Shown: positions 1 to 10,675, counted from the first letter of the stretch. The stretch: DNA of 64,000 nucleotides from a virus (IMGVR_UViG_3300021255_000114:1-64000); one strand, 5' to 3'. Numbers and translations are program-made. The notes: a model not told the origin generated them from the letters alone.

Positions 1-107
1 TTCATTATCTCGCACAACAAGAGAATTGGCGGAATGGACGGTGCAGGTTTTCTTGCGGAACCGATGACCTTCGCGATTGATTCGGAAATGTTCTTTATCC
101 AGTCCAT
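1..107 (-). CDS. Partial hypothetical protein (N-terminus MDWIKNISESIAKVIGSARKPAPSIPPILLLCEIM...), runs off the left edge
   Basis: ATG at 107-105 overlaps the TAA of the upstream ORF (TAATG coupling). The frame stays open to the window edge. Confidence 0.75.
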   Translation of the reverse strand, partial: MDWIKNISESIAKVIGSARKPAPSIPPILLLCEIM

Positions 108-2200
108 TAGCATTCAGTATTTACGGGTTCGTTATTTTCGGTTTCGTATATATCACTATAGTCCACGTTTTGCATGTTCCATCCAATGGTATTCCCGCCA
201 CGTAGTTGGAAACAGGTGATGCATTTACGGAGAAGTTGCTGATAGTACATGGCCTGTTCAAGCGCAAGTTTGGCATCAATTTCCTTTGCGAGGTTCCCGA
301 TGAGCCCCATCAGCCATTCTTTAAGCATGCGTATAAATTCATCACGTATGGTTTTGACTATACCTGAAATAAGATGTTTGAAGTTATCTATGAAAGCCAT
401 AATGTCGAATGTTGGCTCTCCACCCATAATCTTAAGATTAAGTGCGATGAGTAGATATAATTTAGGGCTTAGCACTGACAGGACAATAACATATGCGAGT
501 GTTTGGACAAGATTATCCAGTATATTGAATCTCCAATCTGCGTTGAATTCCGGATTTCCACCGGGATTATATTCAGGGACACACTGTCTTGTGACCTCGA
601 ATATTGCTGATGCGATTGCCGATTGCACTTGTTCCGGGCTTGCGTCTGGTGACAGGCTGTTAAGTGATTGCAGAATTGCATCAGGATTGACCGCCTGTCC
701 AATATATCCATTGGGCGTAACCATAAGACCGAGACGTTGTGATTCTGAACGTTCCATCATGGTATTGTACATGTTGTTATCAAACGTAAAGAAACAGTCG
801 CTTACTACAGTGTCGTCACTGTCTATCATATCATTGATGGATTGACGTATCATATTCTGCACCATACGTTCCTCGAACGACAAATCCAGGTCTAAAGTAA
901 TACATCCGCTTAAAGCATCGAGTAGCCTTGCTGTAATTGTTTTTGGCTCGAAAAGTTTAAGGGAGAAAATATAGTCTACATTAAATTGAAGAAGTGTTTT
1001 ATGATAATAATAGTTGTATTCGATTGGCCTGTACATATCATGGGTATGTTGTGCAATTGAATCATCATAGAGTTCTTTCTTTTTGGTGATTAACGCTTCG
1101 TTTGTTCCATTATATGTGCTTTCGTCAAATGTGATTGCCCCCATACCGGATAAAACATCCATAGTATATTGGTCAAGTTCTTTGTTGTGTTTTAATACAC
1201 CTTGATGTAACAGTTTGGATAATACAGTCGATAATGGCTTGTTACCGTCGATTGCATTGATAATACTATCCATATAACCCATATGGATCTTGTATTCTCT
1301 CTTTTTCTCTTTCTGTTCTTCTTTGGAGTAATCGTGTCGGGATATTTCGGATATCCAGTCTTCCAGTAATTTTTTGTTTTTTGCAGCTGTTTCCCTCAAT
1401 TCGAGGAACCCACTTTGTTTTACTTGTGTTCTATATATCTCGTCGTTTGTTGCTTGGACGTTGCCTGAATTAATTGGCTGTGTGTTTCCGAGAAATATGT
1501 GGATACAATTGTTAAACGGGGTTTGGAGTGTCATGCTGTTGCCTTCCGCATCCTTCAACCCGTTTGGTCTACCGGAATATTCGAGTGTAATGATACCGTC
1601 TTGCTTCTTCTGTTTTTGGTTGATTGATTTGTGTTGGGTTGCATTCTTTTGTTCCTCGTAGCCATACCAAACACTCCTTGTCCCGACGGTACGGTTTTTC
1701 ATGTACCAAAGCAAAGCATTGAAGTCCTCGGCGTTCTCCAACTGGTCCGGATAATCGAATCCCTCACAGCCGAAATAGTAGTATTTTCCGTTTTTCTTTT
1801 TATTATTGACAGATTTGTCCAACGGGCAATATTGCAGCATATTCACAAGGTCAACTGTTTTCAGATCAAACACCACACCGTATTTAATAAGGTCATAAGT
1901 GATAAACGGATTTATGGTGCAGTCGAAAATGTATTTCAATTGTGTTAGGATGTATCCTTTGACAGTAACCTCCAATGCAGGAAGCGCATTTTCGATTTTT
2001 TCTGATATCCATCTAATAACATCATCATACCCAACAATCCGGTAAAGCATTTGCATCACAAAATCAACCGGACGAATATCAACCGATAGGGCAAAATTAT
2101 TGTCTTGCAGTTCCGGTGTTTTTTCAAGAATTGCCAATGCGGCACTTATGGTGCCCAACGCTTCGTCCGCGAATTTCTGTTTATTGCTGTCTTTTGCCAT
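107..2200 (-). CDS. Large hypothetical phage protein (697 aa), possibly virion/baseplate associated
   Basis: Long ORF, translationally coupled on both sides. No motif recognised. Confidence 0.7.
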   Translation of the reverse strand: MAKDSNKQKFADEALGTISAALAILEKTPELQDNNFALSVDIRPVDFVMQMLYRIVGYDDVIRWISEKIENALPALEVTVKGYILTQLKYIFDCTINPFITYDLIKYGVVFDLKTVDLVNMLQYCPLDKSVNNKKKNGKYYYFGCEGFDYPDQLENAEDFNALLWYMKNRTVGTRSVWYGYEEQKNATQHKSINQKQKKQDGIITLEYSGRPNGLKDAEGNSMTLQTPFNNCIHIFLGNTQPINSGNVQATNDEIYRTQVKQSGFLELRETAAKNKKLLEDWISEISRHDYSKEEQKEKKREYKIHMGYMDSIINAIDGNKPLSTVLSKLLHQGVLKHNKELDQYTMDVLSGMGAITFDESTYNGTNEALITKKKELYDDSIAQHTHDMYRPIEYNYYYHKTLLQFNVDYIFSLKLFEPKTITARLLDALSGCITLDLDLSFEERMVQNMIRQSINDMIDSDDTVVSDCFFTFDNNMYNTMMERSESQRLGLMVTPNGYIGQAVNPDAILQSLNSLSPDASPEQVQSAIASAIFEVTRQCVPEYNPGGNPEFNADWRFNILDNLVQTLAYVIVLSVLSPKLYLLIALNLKIMGGEPTFDIMAFIDNFKHLISGIVKTIRDEFIRMLKEWLMGLIGNLAKEIDAKLALEQAMYYQQLLRKCITCFQLRGGNTIGWNMQNVDYSDIYETENNEPVNTEC

Positions 2201-2613
2201 TACTTTGTTTTATATACCTCAACTTGGGGTTCGAGCATTCCTTCTTCCTCTGCCATGTTATTGAGGGTTGCCGTAAACACACCCCAGTCGGGCAGTGCTT
2301 CGCTCTCTTCATTCATTTTTTTGAGGTTTCCGTTGAATTTGATGAGTTCCACCATTAGTTTCGCAATGTCCAACTTAAGACCGAGAGCCTTGTTCTTGTT
2401 TGAAGAGAAATCGTTCATGGCTTTGGCGTATTTGGTCTTGGAATCCATTATCTCATTGTTCAATTGCGTCGATTGTGAGAGTTTATTTATCTCGTTCTGA
2501 ATCTCCGTGATGTTTTTGGTGGATTCGTCATACAGTTCCTGCATCAAATCCTGAAGGTTCTGAATATTGTTGAGTTTTAGTTTGTATTTGGGTTTTGGTT
2601 TGCTTGTTGCCAT
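2200..2613 (-). CDS. Hypothetical coiled-coil protein (137 aa)
   Basis: Helical heptad-like composition, coupled to the downstream gene. Confidence 0.7.
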   Translation of the reverse strand: MATSKPKPKYKLKLNNIQNLQDLMQELYDESTKNITEIQNEINKLSQSTQLNNEIMDSKTKYAKAMNDFSSNKNKALGLKLDIAKLMVELIKFNGNLKKMNEESEALPDWGVFTATLNNMAEEEGMLEPQVEVYKTK

Positions 2614-2633
2614 AACGATAAATAGATAATTTT

Positions 2634-3413
2634 TTAAAAATCTTTAATGTAATCCTCTTTAACCAGATAGTATCCGACACGGTATTTCTTAATCGCGTCC
2701 AAAACTTGCTTTGTGGGTAACATAGTGTTCTCTTTTATGAAGTAGAGCACGCTTGTTTTGTTGAATTTTTGTGTATCCCCAATTTTGAAAATGTTTTCCC
2801 AGTTGTTCAGTATTTCAATAATTGCATATCCGACCTTTTTCTCGCTCTTGGTCATTTTGTTCCCGTCATCCCAGAAGCCTTCTTCGATAGTGTTTATTAT
2901 GTCGTTTGTCACATTGGATATTAATCCTTTGTTGAATGGGTCGTCGGATGATGAAGATGATGATGGTGTCTCAACCCTATTGTCCGGATTTGATTCAGTG
3001 TATACAACATCATATGATAGGAATTTGTTATTCCGTTTCATCGTTGTTTGACGCTTGTTAATCAAATAATTTTTGCAAATTGTACCACAATAGGAATATG
3101 CTTTTTTCCCTTTTCCGGGTTTGAAATTGCCCGCCTTTGTTGCCAGAAACGACAGCGTATCGTTGAATGTGTCCTCAAACTCTTCGTATGGTGTAAAGAG
3201 ATTATATCTTCTGATGATTGATTCAATCATTTTAGTGAAGGGGATTTTTAATTTTGTGTCGAACAGTCTATTCCGTTCTTCTTGACTGGAAGAGAGCAAG
3301 TAGTCTTGAAACGCTTGCTCTTCCTCCGGTCCGAAATAGTTTTTGCTGGTTGATGTTTTTGAACCAGGTTTTCTGCCTCTTTTTTTTGGTTGTGTTTCTA
3401 CATTATCTGCCAT
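2634..3413 (-). CDS. Phage RNA polymerase sigma factor, T4 gp55-like (late transcription)
   Basis: The segment NFKPGKGKKAYSYCGTICKNYLI resembles sigma region 2 of gp55-like factors (NF.P.K...FAYFTQI). It is preceded by NYF and PF.KMIESII helices. Confidence 0.7.
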   Translation of the reverse strand: MADNVETQPKKRGRKPGSKTSTSKNYFGPEEEQAFQDYLLSSSQEERNRLFDTKLKIPFTKMIESIIRRYNLFTPYEEFEDTFNDTLSFLATKAGNFKPGKGKKAYSYCGTICKNYLINKRQTTMKRNNKFLSYDVVYTESNPDNRVETPSSSSSSDDPFNKGLISNVTNDIINTIEEGFWDDGNKMTKSEKKVGYAIIEILNNWENIFKIGDTQKFNKTSVLYFIKENTMLPTKQVLDAIKKYRVGYYLVKEDYIKDF

Positions 3414-3438
3414 TTTTAGGATTAAAGAAGTGATAATT

Positions 3439-4239
3439 TTATGTTAACTTCACCTTTTTACCGATGGTTACACCTTTATTTCTATCATGGTCGTATGTAT
3501 GCTCCCTTTTGGCAAGTTCAAACCAAAGTTTGACCTCTTCGGGTGGGATTTCTTGGTTGTATGAATCTGTCAGACTTCCGACTCTTCCAATCATATGTGT
3601 GTATCCTTCTTTAGGGACAACAAACATCTTTAGTTTCTTATCGGCCATACGAAGCATCAGTTCATAGTTAAAAGCAATCTTGATGGAAGGCTTGTATTTA
3701 CCGACTTTGATAAAATCTGCGGTATTGAAAATAGCACCGGTAAGATTGAAACCCGTATAGAACTCAAGCAACTCTTCATCAATAAAACCGAATTCGTCAG
3801 CATTCGACGTTGCCAATGCCATTTCGTTTACATATTGCCAATGTTGGTTCTTTGTGTCTGTTACAATATTAATCGGGAGAAACACCGAAACGTCTTCGTT
3901 TCCAAAGTAATATTGGTCCGCAAATCTGAACCATTTGGGCTTATATTCATCATCGAATTCAAGAATGGAGAAGTATTCCGTGTCAATCTTGTCGACTGCA
4001 TAGTTAATTTGCGAACAGAAATCATACTTTCCTGATTCATTGAGAATATAATTGCATTCAATATCATTGAATAACGTATAATCAGGACCATTTTCATCCG
4101 GATCAGTTATAATAAGAATCTTCAGTTTGCCCTTTGTGTAATGTTCTTGACATTTAACTACACTTGCAACTGCGTTTGCGAGTTTGCTTGAATTCAAATC
4201 CTTGGAGAGAATTGGAATAATGATTGTTATGTCGTTCAT
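3439..4239 (-). CDS. Glycosyltransferase family 2 (GT-A fold)
   Basis: N-terminal ITIIIP strand, N.AV...DTEYFSILEFDD DxD-like motif, and YELMLRM. Confidence 0.8.
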   Translation of the reverse strand: MNDITIIIPILSKDLNSSKLANAVASVVKCQEHYTKGKLKILIITDPDENGPDYTLFNDIECNYILNESGKYDFCSQINYAVDKIDTEYFSILEFDDEYKPKWFRFADQYYFGNEDVSVFLPINIVTDTKNQHWQYVNEMALATSNADEFGFIDEELLEFYTGFNLTGAIFNTADFIKVGKYKPSIKIAFNYELMLRMADKKLKMFVVPKEGYTHMIGRVGSLTDSYNQEIPPEEVKLWFELAKREHTYDHDRNKGVTIGKKVKLT

Positions 4240-4242
4240 AGG

Positions 4243-5412
4243 TTATTCTTCTGTTTTTTTGGTGTTATTCTTGATATTGTCGATGATGCTTTTCAATTCG
4301 TTGACACGTTCATTGATGGCATTCGCCATAAAGTCGTCAACGTTCTTGCTGTATTCTTCATATGAATAGAGTTTTGACGTCTCCTCCATTGCATTTTGCA
4401 TTTCTTCAGGAATTTCATCCTCAATAAGTGTTGCAACAACCTTTGACAGAATTTCGGGTACATCGTTGATGTCGCTGAACCATACACCGTTATTGTCGGT
4501 CATCCAATCAGGTATAATTTTCGGAATCTGTCCAATGACTATATTGCCACAACGGATAGCCTCAAGTCCCGAATAACCAAATGGTGTGTTTTCATCCATC
4601 CAAATAGTAATTGCACCTTCTTTCAGACGCTCCGCGAATTGTTTTTCAGGAAGGCCTCTCAAATCCTCAAACGATACGAACTGATATACCGGATATTTCC
4701 AATAGAACGGTTTAATAATCCTGTTGATATCATCAGTGTTCTTTGAGACAATGTTTATTATGAGTTTCTTTGCCTTTACCGGTTTCCTGAAATATCCGTC
4801 AATATATGGAGGCAAAACCGTTGTGTGCTCTTTAGTGTAAGGGAAGACACCGTTAATGAGATCAGCATTGGCCTTCGTGTTGGCAATTACATGGTCAATA
4901 CCGTAGGTAATCCATTGTGCGCCAAATGGAATAAATTCCGTGACATATCCATAGTTTTGTAGAATGACGTAGCGTTTGCAGGGAATGTGATTCTTGAATG
5001 TTTCATACATAAATGAAGAGAAAACCTCAGGAATAAACAGAAAATCAGAAGGCCCGATTCTCCATTCTTCCTTGCGGATATTCATATGGGGCAAAGCCGC
5101 ATATTCCTCGCCAAGCCAATCCCCAACACCAACGAAACGTTTCATGTCGTCAGGAAGCATGCCTTTCTGCTCAATTTCAGCCAATTCTCCAGGACTGTAT
5201 TCGTCGTCCAACTGATAGCACATTGTGACATTGTAGTCTTTGTCATAAAGCGCTTTGGCCATGTGGTAAATGTAGTTCATGTTTCCATTGGGGACATTCT
5301 TGCTGTCCACAACGAAAAAGTACATATTAAAGTTTTTTTTGTTCAAATCGCCAATGGCATCCTCAATCCTCTGAATCGCCACCGCATCCTTGTTATCCTT
5401 CTTGTTTGTCAT
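4243..5412 (-). CDS. Glycosyltransferase, GT-B fold (GT4-like)
   Basis: C-terminal FGYSGLEAIRCGNIVIG matches the GT4 FG...LEAM.CG.PVI motif. N-terminal G..YIYH.A..L and IPE motifs are also present. Confidence 0.75.
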   Translation of the reverse strand: MTNKKDNKDAVAIQRIEDAIGDLNKKNFNMYFFVVDSKNVPNGNMNYIYHMAKALYDKDYNVTMCYQLDDEYSPGELAEIEQKGMLPDDMKRFVGVGDWLGEEYAALPHMNIRKEEWRIGPSDFLFIPEVFSSFMYETFKNHIPCKRYVILQNYGYVTEFIPFGAQWITYGIDHVIANTKANADLINGVFPYTKEHTTVLPPYIDGYFRKPVKAKKLIINIVSKNTDDINRIIKPFYWKYPVYQFVSFEDLRGLPEKQFAERLKEGAITIWMDENTPFGYSGLEAIRCGNIVIGQIPKIIPDWMTDNNGVWFSDINDVPEILSKVVATLIEDEIPEEMQNAMEETSKLYSYEEYSKNVDDFMANAINERVNELKSIIDNIKNNTKKTEE

Positions 5413-5427
5413 GTATTGATTAATGTA

Positions 5428-5808
5428 TTATTCAACTTCAATTATTATTCCCTCGTTCAAAAGCGTATTGAATGCCAGTATCTGACCAAAAAACATATCC
5501 TCAAATGAATTGATTCGCATAATATTGCCATTATCGTCCGCAATCGGACTGACAATGAGGTTCAAGAGATTTTTGATAAGGTCGTAGCAAATCGTGCTGA
5601 ATGTATCAGTCCCATCGGATGTGGATTCGGAAATCTCTTTCTGTATGACCTTGAATTCTGGGTCATTTTCACCGTCAGAAGCATAACCCCAAGTTTCCAC
5701 TTTACTCTTGTCCTTCATTGTTTCGTTTGTCTTTGTCACCGCTTGAACAAGTTTCTCAATGTCGATTGCATATGTTTTGCCTTCGAATTCAATATAGTTT
5801 GTATCCAT
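5428..5808 (-). CDS. Hypothetical protein (126 aa)
   Basis: ORF within the operon, acidic composition. Confidence 0.7.
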   Translation of the reverse strand: MDTNYIEFEGKTYAIDIEKLVQAVTKTNETMKDKSKVETWGYASDGENDPEFKVIQKEISESTSDGTDTFSTICYDLIKNLLNLIVSPIADDNGNIMRINSFEDMFFGQILAFNTLLNEGIIIEVE

Positions 5809-5813
5809 ACCAA

Positions 5814-6425
5814 TTAGATTTTACTTTCAATGAGTTTTATTATTGTTTCATCCTCGTCCTTAATTGCCTCAAACAGATTGCGGAACGAATATTTTGTCTC
5901 AACCTTTTTGTTGTATGGGCGCTCAATCTTAACGACCGTCTTGTCATCCGGGCAATTTTCGATAAGGTTGGGGTTGGCTGTAATTAGAATGTCACACTTG
6001 TCGTAGATTGCCATTGAATTTACAGGAAAATAATACTCCCTTGCACGTACACCATGCGCTGCGAGGAATGACAGTGTGGCTGAAATTGTAATACCCAATT
6101 CAAACGGGCTGAAGAAGAATACTTCAGGGTCTTCTTCAACATCAAGGCTGACAAGGATGTTGTCAGTCCAATCTGTCAAAACGCCCTGTAGTCTTGAATC
6201 GGTCATTTCTGCCCTCGCATGGAGTTCAAAGGCGGCATCATTGTACTTGAAGTCATTGTAATCGGATTTGGATTTGAACGGAAAACATTGAGAGAAGTCG
6301 AACGATTCAATATCCTCATCCTTCATTTCGAACTTCGGGTCTATCAGCCTTTGATAACAATTGATGAATTGCCCTGAGTAATCACGGACAACATCATTAA
6401 GGTCTATTGCGATTCGTTTATGCAT
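5814..6425 (-). CDS. HAD-superfamily 5'(3')-deoxyribonucleotidase-like protein, degenerate motifs
   Basis: RIAIDLNDVVRD (DxD motif altered), CDILITANP (normally DVLIDD.P) and KIERPYN. Confidence 0.6.
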   Translation of the reverse strand: MHKRIAIDLNDVVRDYSGQFINCYQRLIDPKFEMKDEDIESFDFSQCFPFKSKSDYNDFKYNDAAFELHARAEMTDSRLQGVLTDWTDNILVSLDVEEDPEVFFFSPFELGITISATLSFLAAHGVRAREYYFPVNSMAIYDKCDILITANPNLIENCPDDKTVVKIERPYNKKVETKYSFRNLFEAIKDEDETIIKLIESKI

Positions 6426-6430
6426 TTTAT

Positions 6431-7027
6431 CTAAAAGTTGTTTCTTATAATTTTATTATTTTCATCTATGAGTGCAATGAACGGATAAGAATAGTCATTA
6501 TGGTATTGGCTTCCGCAATGGCCACATTTATAAGGAGTGCATGCCTTGAAGTTGAACGGATTATACATTGTCGGGATGGTTGAAAGGATTTCTTCCCCGC
6601 AGAATGGGCATTTTGCATGTATGATGACGAAGCGTTTTTTATTGACGGACGGATCAATACATCCCAATTCTTCAATGGTGGTATGGAGCGTTTCCATATT
6701 AAACTCACCCTTGCTATGAAAATCACTGTTTTCGTCTTTCATACCTTCATGTCCATCAATCTTTTCATTTGCCAATTCTTGGCCAGAATCACCAACTTGC
6801 TCAGACTTGAGAATACTCTTTGGGTATGTTTTACTTTCCACTCTTGTGTTGGTTTCCTTTGGAATGTTTTCATACATCTGTTCGCGAAGGTTGTCTACTG
6901 TTTGAATATAACGCTCGTATTCGTCCTTGGTCATGTGAACATCATCATCCGGATCACTAATGTCATAGGTTTCATTCATTCTGTCTTGATGTACCTGTTT
7001 CTGATATAAATCTAAAATACTGTTCAT
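6431..7027 (-). CDS. Zinc-ribbon protein
   Basis: CPFC...CGHC pair near the C-terminus. Confidence 0.65.
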   Translation of the reverse strand: MNSILDLYQKQVHQDRMNETYDISDPDDDVHMTKDEYERYIQTVDNLREQMYENIPKETNTRVESKTYPKSILKSEQVGDSGQELANEKIDGHEGMKDENSDFHSKGEFNMETLHTTIEELGCIDPSVNKKRFVIIHAKCPFCGEEILSTIPTMYNPFNFKACTPYKCGHCGSQYHNDYSYPFIALIDENNKIIRNNF

Positions 7028-7084
7028 ATAAATTATCTTTCTTTTAATAAGAATATAGGTTCAGGGATGGGAGTTTCCAAATTG

Positions 7085-8239
7085 TCATTGGTGTTTCCTG
7101 TAGTATTCCTCCATGATTTCCGCCTTGTGCTTCTCCATACATTCACGACATATCATTCTTCCGAACGTCTGTTCCGATGTTTCCATATCCATATATTCAG
7201 TTACTTCGTTTCCGCCGGTTTCTTCACTGGCAGCCTTGAAATCGATGTCCTGTTGGTTATAGGAAACTTCCTTGCCGCAAATGGAGCATTTGTAAGTTCT
7301 TATGTCCGTTGGATTATACGGGTCATAGTTAATGACACATTCCTTTGCAGCCTTTTCCTCATATTTCTTTTTCATGCTTTCACACTGGTTTTCGTTGAAG
7401 AAATCCTTGCCTTTGACAACAATTCCGGCTGAAAAACGTAAAATATAACTCCCATCGTATTCAATGACGTTTTTAAATTGCAGTTTGTTGAACTCGAACA
7501 TAATCCCGTCATTGAAACCGAATGCATGTGATGTGGTAAATGTAATCCCCTTAATATCGGTCACGTCAGACCTCCTTCCGGATTTAATGTATTCAACCTC
7601 CCTGACGAAACCCTTGGATTTCCATTCCCGGTCATTCGGATATTTCGTGACATAGAAATCGAGAATATAGTTGTTGCGTTCTTCGTTCACAACAAGACAA
7701 ACAATCTTTTTGGCGTATTCCTCGATATAATACCTTGGAGTGAACATGCCATTGCGTGTGACTTTAATGGTGTAATCGTGACTTTTCTGTAATTTTCCGA
7801 TATTCTGCGCCACTTCACCGTTTTCATTGGTTGAGACATTATCGGTATCGACTTTTTCAAGCGCCTGAATGACGTTGTCACCAAGCGCCTTATTTTCTTG
7901 TACAGTCAACAGTTGATAACCTTCACCGTTGTAGATTTTTAGTTTGTGGCTATCAGCCCTTGCTTGTTTTTTGACTGTTTTGTATGGGGAATAGTATTCA
8001 TGGTTTTTGGATTCTCGTTCCACCATCATCGTTCTCCAAGTCAATTCCTGCACCTCCTGTGTTACCTCACCCTTGAGTAGATGGTGTGCCACGCGATGGT
8101 CGGATTGCTGCTGATGGATTCCACTGTTAACATCATCCGCGATATTGTCGTTGTGTATTATCTGTTCATCGGCTGATTTCATTCCAAGCGCAAGACCGAT
8201 TTTAATCCTGTTGAATATGCTGACTATTTTTTTCCACAT
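7085..8239 (-). CDS. Hypothetical protein with C-terminal Zn finger (384 aa)
   Basis: CSIC...CREC motif and an amphipathic N-terminus. Confidence 0.65.
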   Translation of the reverse strand: MWKKIVSIFNRIKIGLALGMKSADEQIIHNDNIADDVNSGIHQQQSDHRVAHHLLKGEVTQEVQELTWRTMMVERESKNHEYYSPYKTVKKQARADSHKLKIYNGEGYQLLTVQENKALGDNVIQALEKVDTDNVSTNENGEVAQNIGKLQKSHDYTIKVTRNGMFTPRYYIEEYAKKIVCLVVNEERNNYILDFYVTKYPNDREWKSKGFVREVEYIKSGRRSDVTDIKGITFTTSHAFGFNDGIMFEFNKLQFKNVIEYDGSYILRFSAGIVVKGKDFFNENQCESMKKKYEEKAAKECVINYDPYNPTDIRTYKCSICGKEVSYNQQDIDFKAASEETGGNEVTEYMDMETSEQTFGRMICRECMEKHKAEIMEEYYRKHQ

Positions 8240-8282
8240 GTTATGTAACTCTTTATATCCTATAATGTAATGCGGAAAGCAT

Positions 8283-8314
8283 AAAAAAACAAAAACGTAC
8301 GAAGGTTTCGTACG
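8283..8314 (-). terminator. Rho-independent terminator
   Basis: Hairpin CGTACGAA-GGT-TTCGTACG (8296-8314) followed on the minus strand by a T-run, downstream of the 8351 ORF. Confidence 0.65.
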
Positions 8315-8350
8315 CTCTCGTTTGCTTTTTATAATATATGGGATTGATAA

Positions 8351-8794
8351 TTAAGGATTAAGGCTTGAATCGTAATCCATATAGCCTGCGGCATACGGTG
8401 GTCCTGTGACGGTGCCGTCTGAATTAATGGTGAATGTGCCGTAGTCGGTGGTTGGCCTGTGTTTGATATATGCCAGTGATTGTGTATTAGTCTCTAACCA
8501 GTCTGATTGGACTGCGCCTTGTTTGTTGAGATAGAGTACGGGCATTCCATAACTATCGTGTTCTGTATCGCTTGGCAGGACTTGATATAAGCCGTTAAGT
8601 GAGGTGTCGTCGTTTATTATTGATAGAATGAGACCGGGAGTTGCTGAACTGTTCACGTCCTTTACATACGCATCAGCCTCTTCGTAGGTGTCGAATATAC
8701 GGTCGGCGATGGCCGGAGCCTTCACTGCCATTCTAAAGGTTTCGGCTATGTTGATGTTGGATTGCTGATCGGTTTTATGTTCTGTATATGCCAT
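8351..8794 (-). CDS. Small virion/tail-fibre-associated protein
   Basis: Contains the tail-fibre-type motif QSDW...YIKHRP. Its N-domain is homologous to the N-terminus of the 25059-28388 protein. Confidence 0.6.
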   Translation of the reverse strand: MAYTEHKTDQQSNINIAETFRMAVKAPAIADRIFDTYEEADAYVKDVNSSATPGLILSIINDDTSLNGLYQVLPSDTEHDSYGMPVLYLNKQGAVQSDWLETNTQSLAYIKHRPTTDYGTFTINSDGTVTGPPYAAGYMDYDSSLNP

Positions 8795-8796
8795 GC

Positions 8797-10005
8797 TTAG
8801 TCCTCTCCGAATGTTATGCTATAATAATTTACAGGCAACAATGAGTGCATGATGTATACATAATACGTTGTTGAGGCATTTCCGTTTGTATATGTAAACT
8901 GTAAGTCTTCGTATGTTCCTGTTTGGGGGTTGAAATGTTTCTGCCGTAACCATCGTTCATTGACATTTATGGGTTCGTGCAGCACGTTTTCAGTGTAAAT
9001 TATATTTTTATATTTCTCCGGAAGCACCAATATAAGGCTTGACTTTTCGGTGGATGATTCCATTTCCGGAATGACGGTCAAACCGTCCTTTGTGCAGAAT
9101 CCGCTTTGCAGGTTCATTGAATTGAGTACTGTTTGGTTTGGTATTATGTCATAGTACCATGCATAAGGGTGGAGCGGGATATATCCGTAATAGTATTTGT
9201 ATGCGGCTGTTATTGTTTTGGTTGCCATTTGGGTTATACCTGCATCGATTGTCACGGTGGAATCCGAACCGTCGCTTTTTTTTGGCGTGTTTGGTGATGC
9301 TCCATAATAGACGACAGAGCCGAATTTGTATTCTCCCTCTTCCATGCTCCGTGATGTTCCGAACGAGTATACATATCTGTCATCAATATCCGCCTGTCCG
9401 ATTTCGGTTTCGTTCAAGAAATAATGTGCTTTTAACGGTTCACATCCCGAAATCAACGAATAATAAGAGTATTCGTCAAGACCTTTATACCCGCCTTGAT
9501 TATATGTTGTGTATAAGTAAAAATTGGTTATCGTTCCGACTTCGTATTGCTTGTTTGCATTAACGACTATCTGTGATGTTGGCAAAACAGCCTTCACATC
9601 GCACACTTTTGCCAATATTTTTTTTAGTATTTCCTCTACTGTCGTACCTGACGGAATAATATCACCCGGATAATATGAGCCGATTTGTGCGCCACTTACC
9701 GGTATATCGTTTACTGTTTCGACTAAACCTGCATGGGTTTCTATGACTTTATCATATTCCAATTTGTTGGCATCAATGCCTTTTCCTGCGGTATAGCCTG
9801 CAAACAAGCCTGTAATTTCTCCTTTAAGTATGGATCCGTTGTAGAGTGTGACAATAAGGTAGTTACCCTCGATTTTCATGGACTTGACATCACGCCCCTC
9901 AAGGGTAAGGAAGTTGTTGTCGATTTCAATACCGGTCAACGAACAGTTTTTTGTGAAATCGTTCGGATATGGGGAAGGTGTTTTGAAGTATACTATTCTA
10001 TCCAT
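8797..10005 (-). CDS. Virion structural/fibre protein (402 aa)
   Basis: N-terminal K.CSLT..EID.NF attachment-type motif. The C-terminal half is paralogous to the C-terminus of 28418-31093. Confidence 0.6.
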   Translation of the reverse strand: MDRIVYFKTPSPYPNDFTKNCSLTGIEIDNNFLTLEGRDVKSMKIEGNYLIVTLYNGSILKGEITGLFAGYTAGKGIDANKLEYDKVIETHAGLVETVNDIPVSGAQIGSYYPGDIIPSGTTVEEILKKILAKVCDVKAVLPTSQIVVNANKQYEVGTITNFYLYTTYNQGGYKGLDEYSYYSLISGCEPLKAHYFLNETEIGQADIDDRYVYSFGTSRSMEEGEYKFGSVVYYGASPNTPKKSDGSDSTVTIDAGITQMATKTITAAYKYYYGYIPLHPYAWYYDIIPNQTVLNSMNLQSGFCTKDGLTVIPEMESSTEKSSLILVLPEKYKNIIYTENVLHEPINVNERWLRQKHFNPQTGTYEDLQFTYTNGNASTTYYVYIMHSLLPVNYYSITFGED

Positions 10006-10027
10006 TTCTTAAAGACAATTTCACTGT

Positions 10028-10648
10028 TTATTTTAAAGTCACATTTTCGTCAACGATATATGTATATTCTTCAGATACGCCATCCGTCCATTGGATTTTT
10101 ATTTTTAAAGTGTTGTCACAATTTCCGATATTTGCAAGGGATACGTATATTTTGCCGTCATATGCTCCCCTTACAACCTTTGGGTACAGGTAAAGTGCAG
10201 TTGGCCATCCCGATGGGTTGGTTTCGATTTCACGCCAAAGCGGTGTATCCATTTGGGTGTCGTTAATGAACCATTTGGCATCCGGGTAGTTTTCGGGTGT
10301 TGCGTCGTTGATGGGTTGTATTGCTACTCCGAACCTGTTACCGTCGTGTTCGGAATCACGGTCTATTTCACCCCCTATTTCCATTGTACGGCTGTTAATC
10401 AGTGTATATGTTGCATCATTTGATGTTCCTGGAGGGCATATTTTTGCATCATGCATGGTCCATGATAGGAATACTTGATTGTTCTCAAGTGCATCGAGCC
10501 TGTTGTTTATTTCGTCGAATTTCTCAGTTAATAGTGAATTGATTTTTGTTTCCAATTCATAGAAATTCATATCAACTTCTTTTATGGTCAAACCACAATG
10601 TTTGGTTTTATCACCCTCGTAGTTGGATTCTAACTCGTAATAAGTCAT
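10028..10648 (-). CDS. Virion structural protein with Ig-like beta-rich C-terminus
   Basis: Shares the N-terminal motif S.Y..D.TK.C.LT..E.D.NF..LE with 8797-10005, followed by a short coiled coil and a beta-rich domain. Confidence 0.55.
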   Translation of the reverse strand: MTYYELESNYEGDKTKHCGLTIKEVDMNFYELETKINSLLTEKFDEINNRLDALENNQVFLSWTMHDAKICPPGTSNDATYTLINSRTMEIGGEIDRDSEHDGNRFGVAIQPINDATPENYPDAKWFINDTQMDTPLWREIETNPSGWPTALYLYPKVVRGAYDGKIYVSLANIGNCDNTLKIKIQWTDGVSEEYTYIVDENVTLK

Positions 10649-10675
10649 ATAATTAATTGTACCTGTTCTATTATA

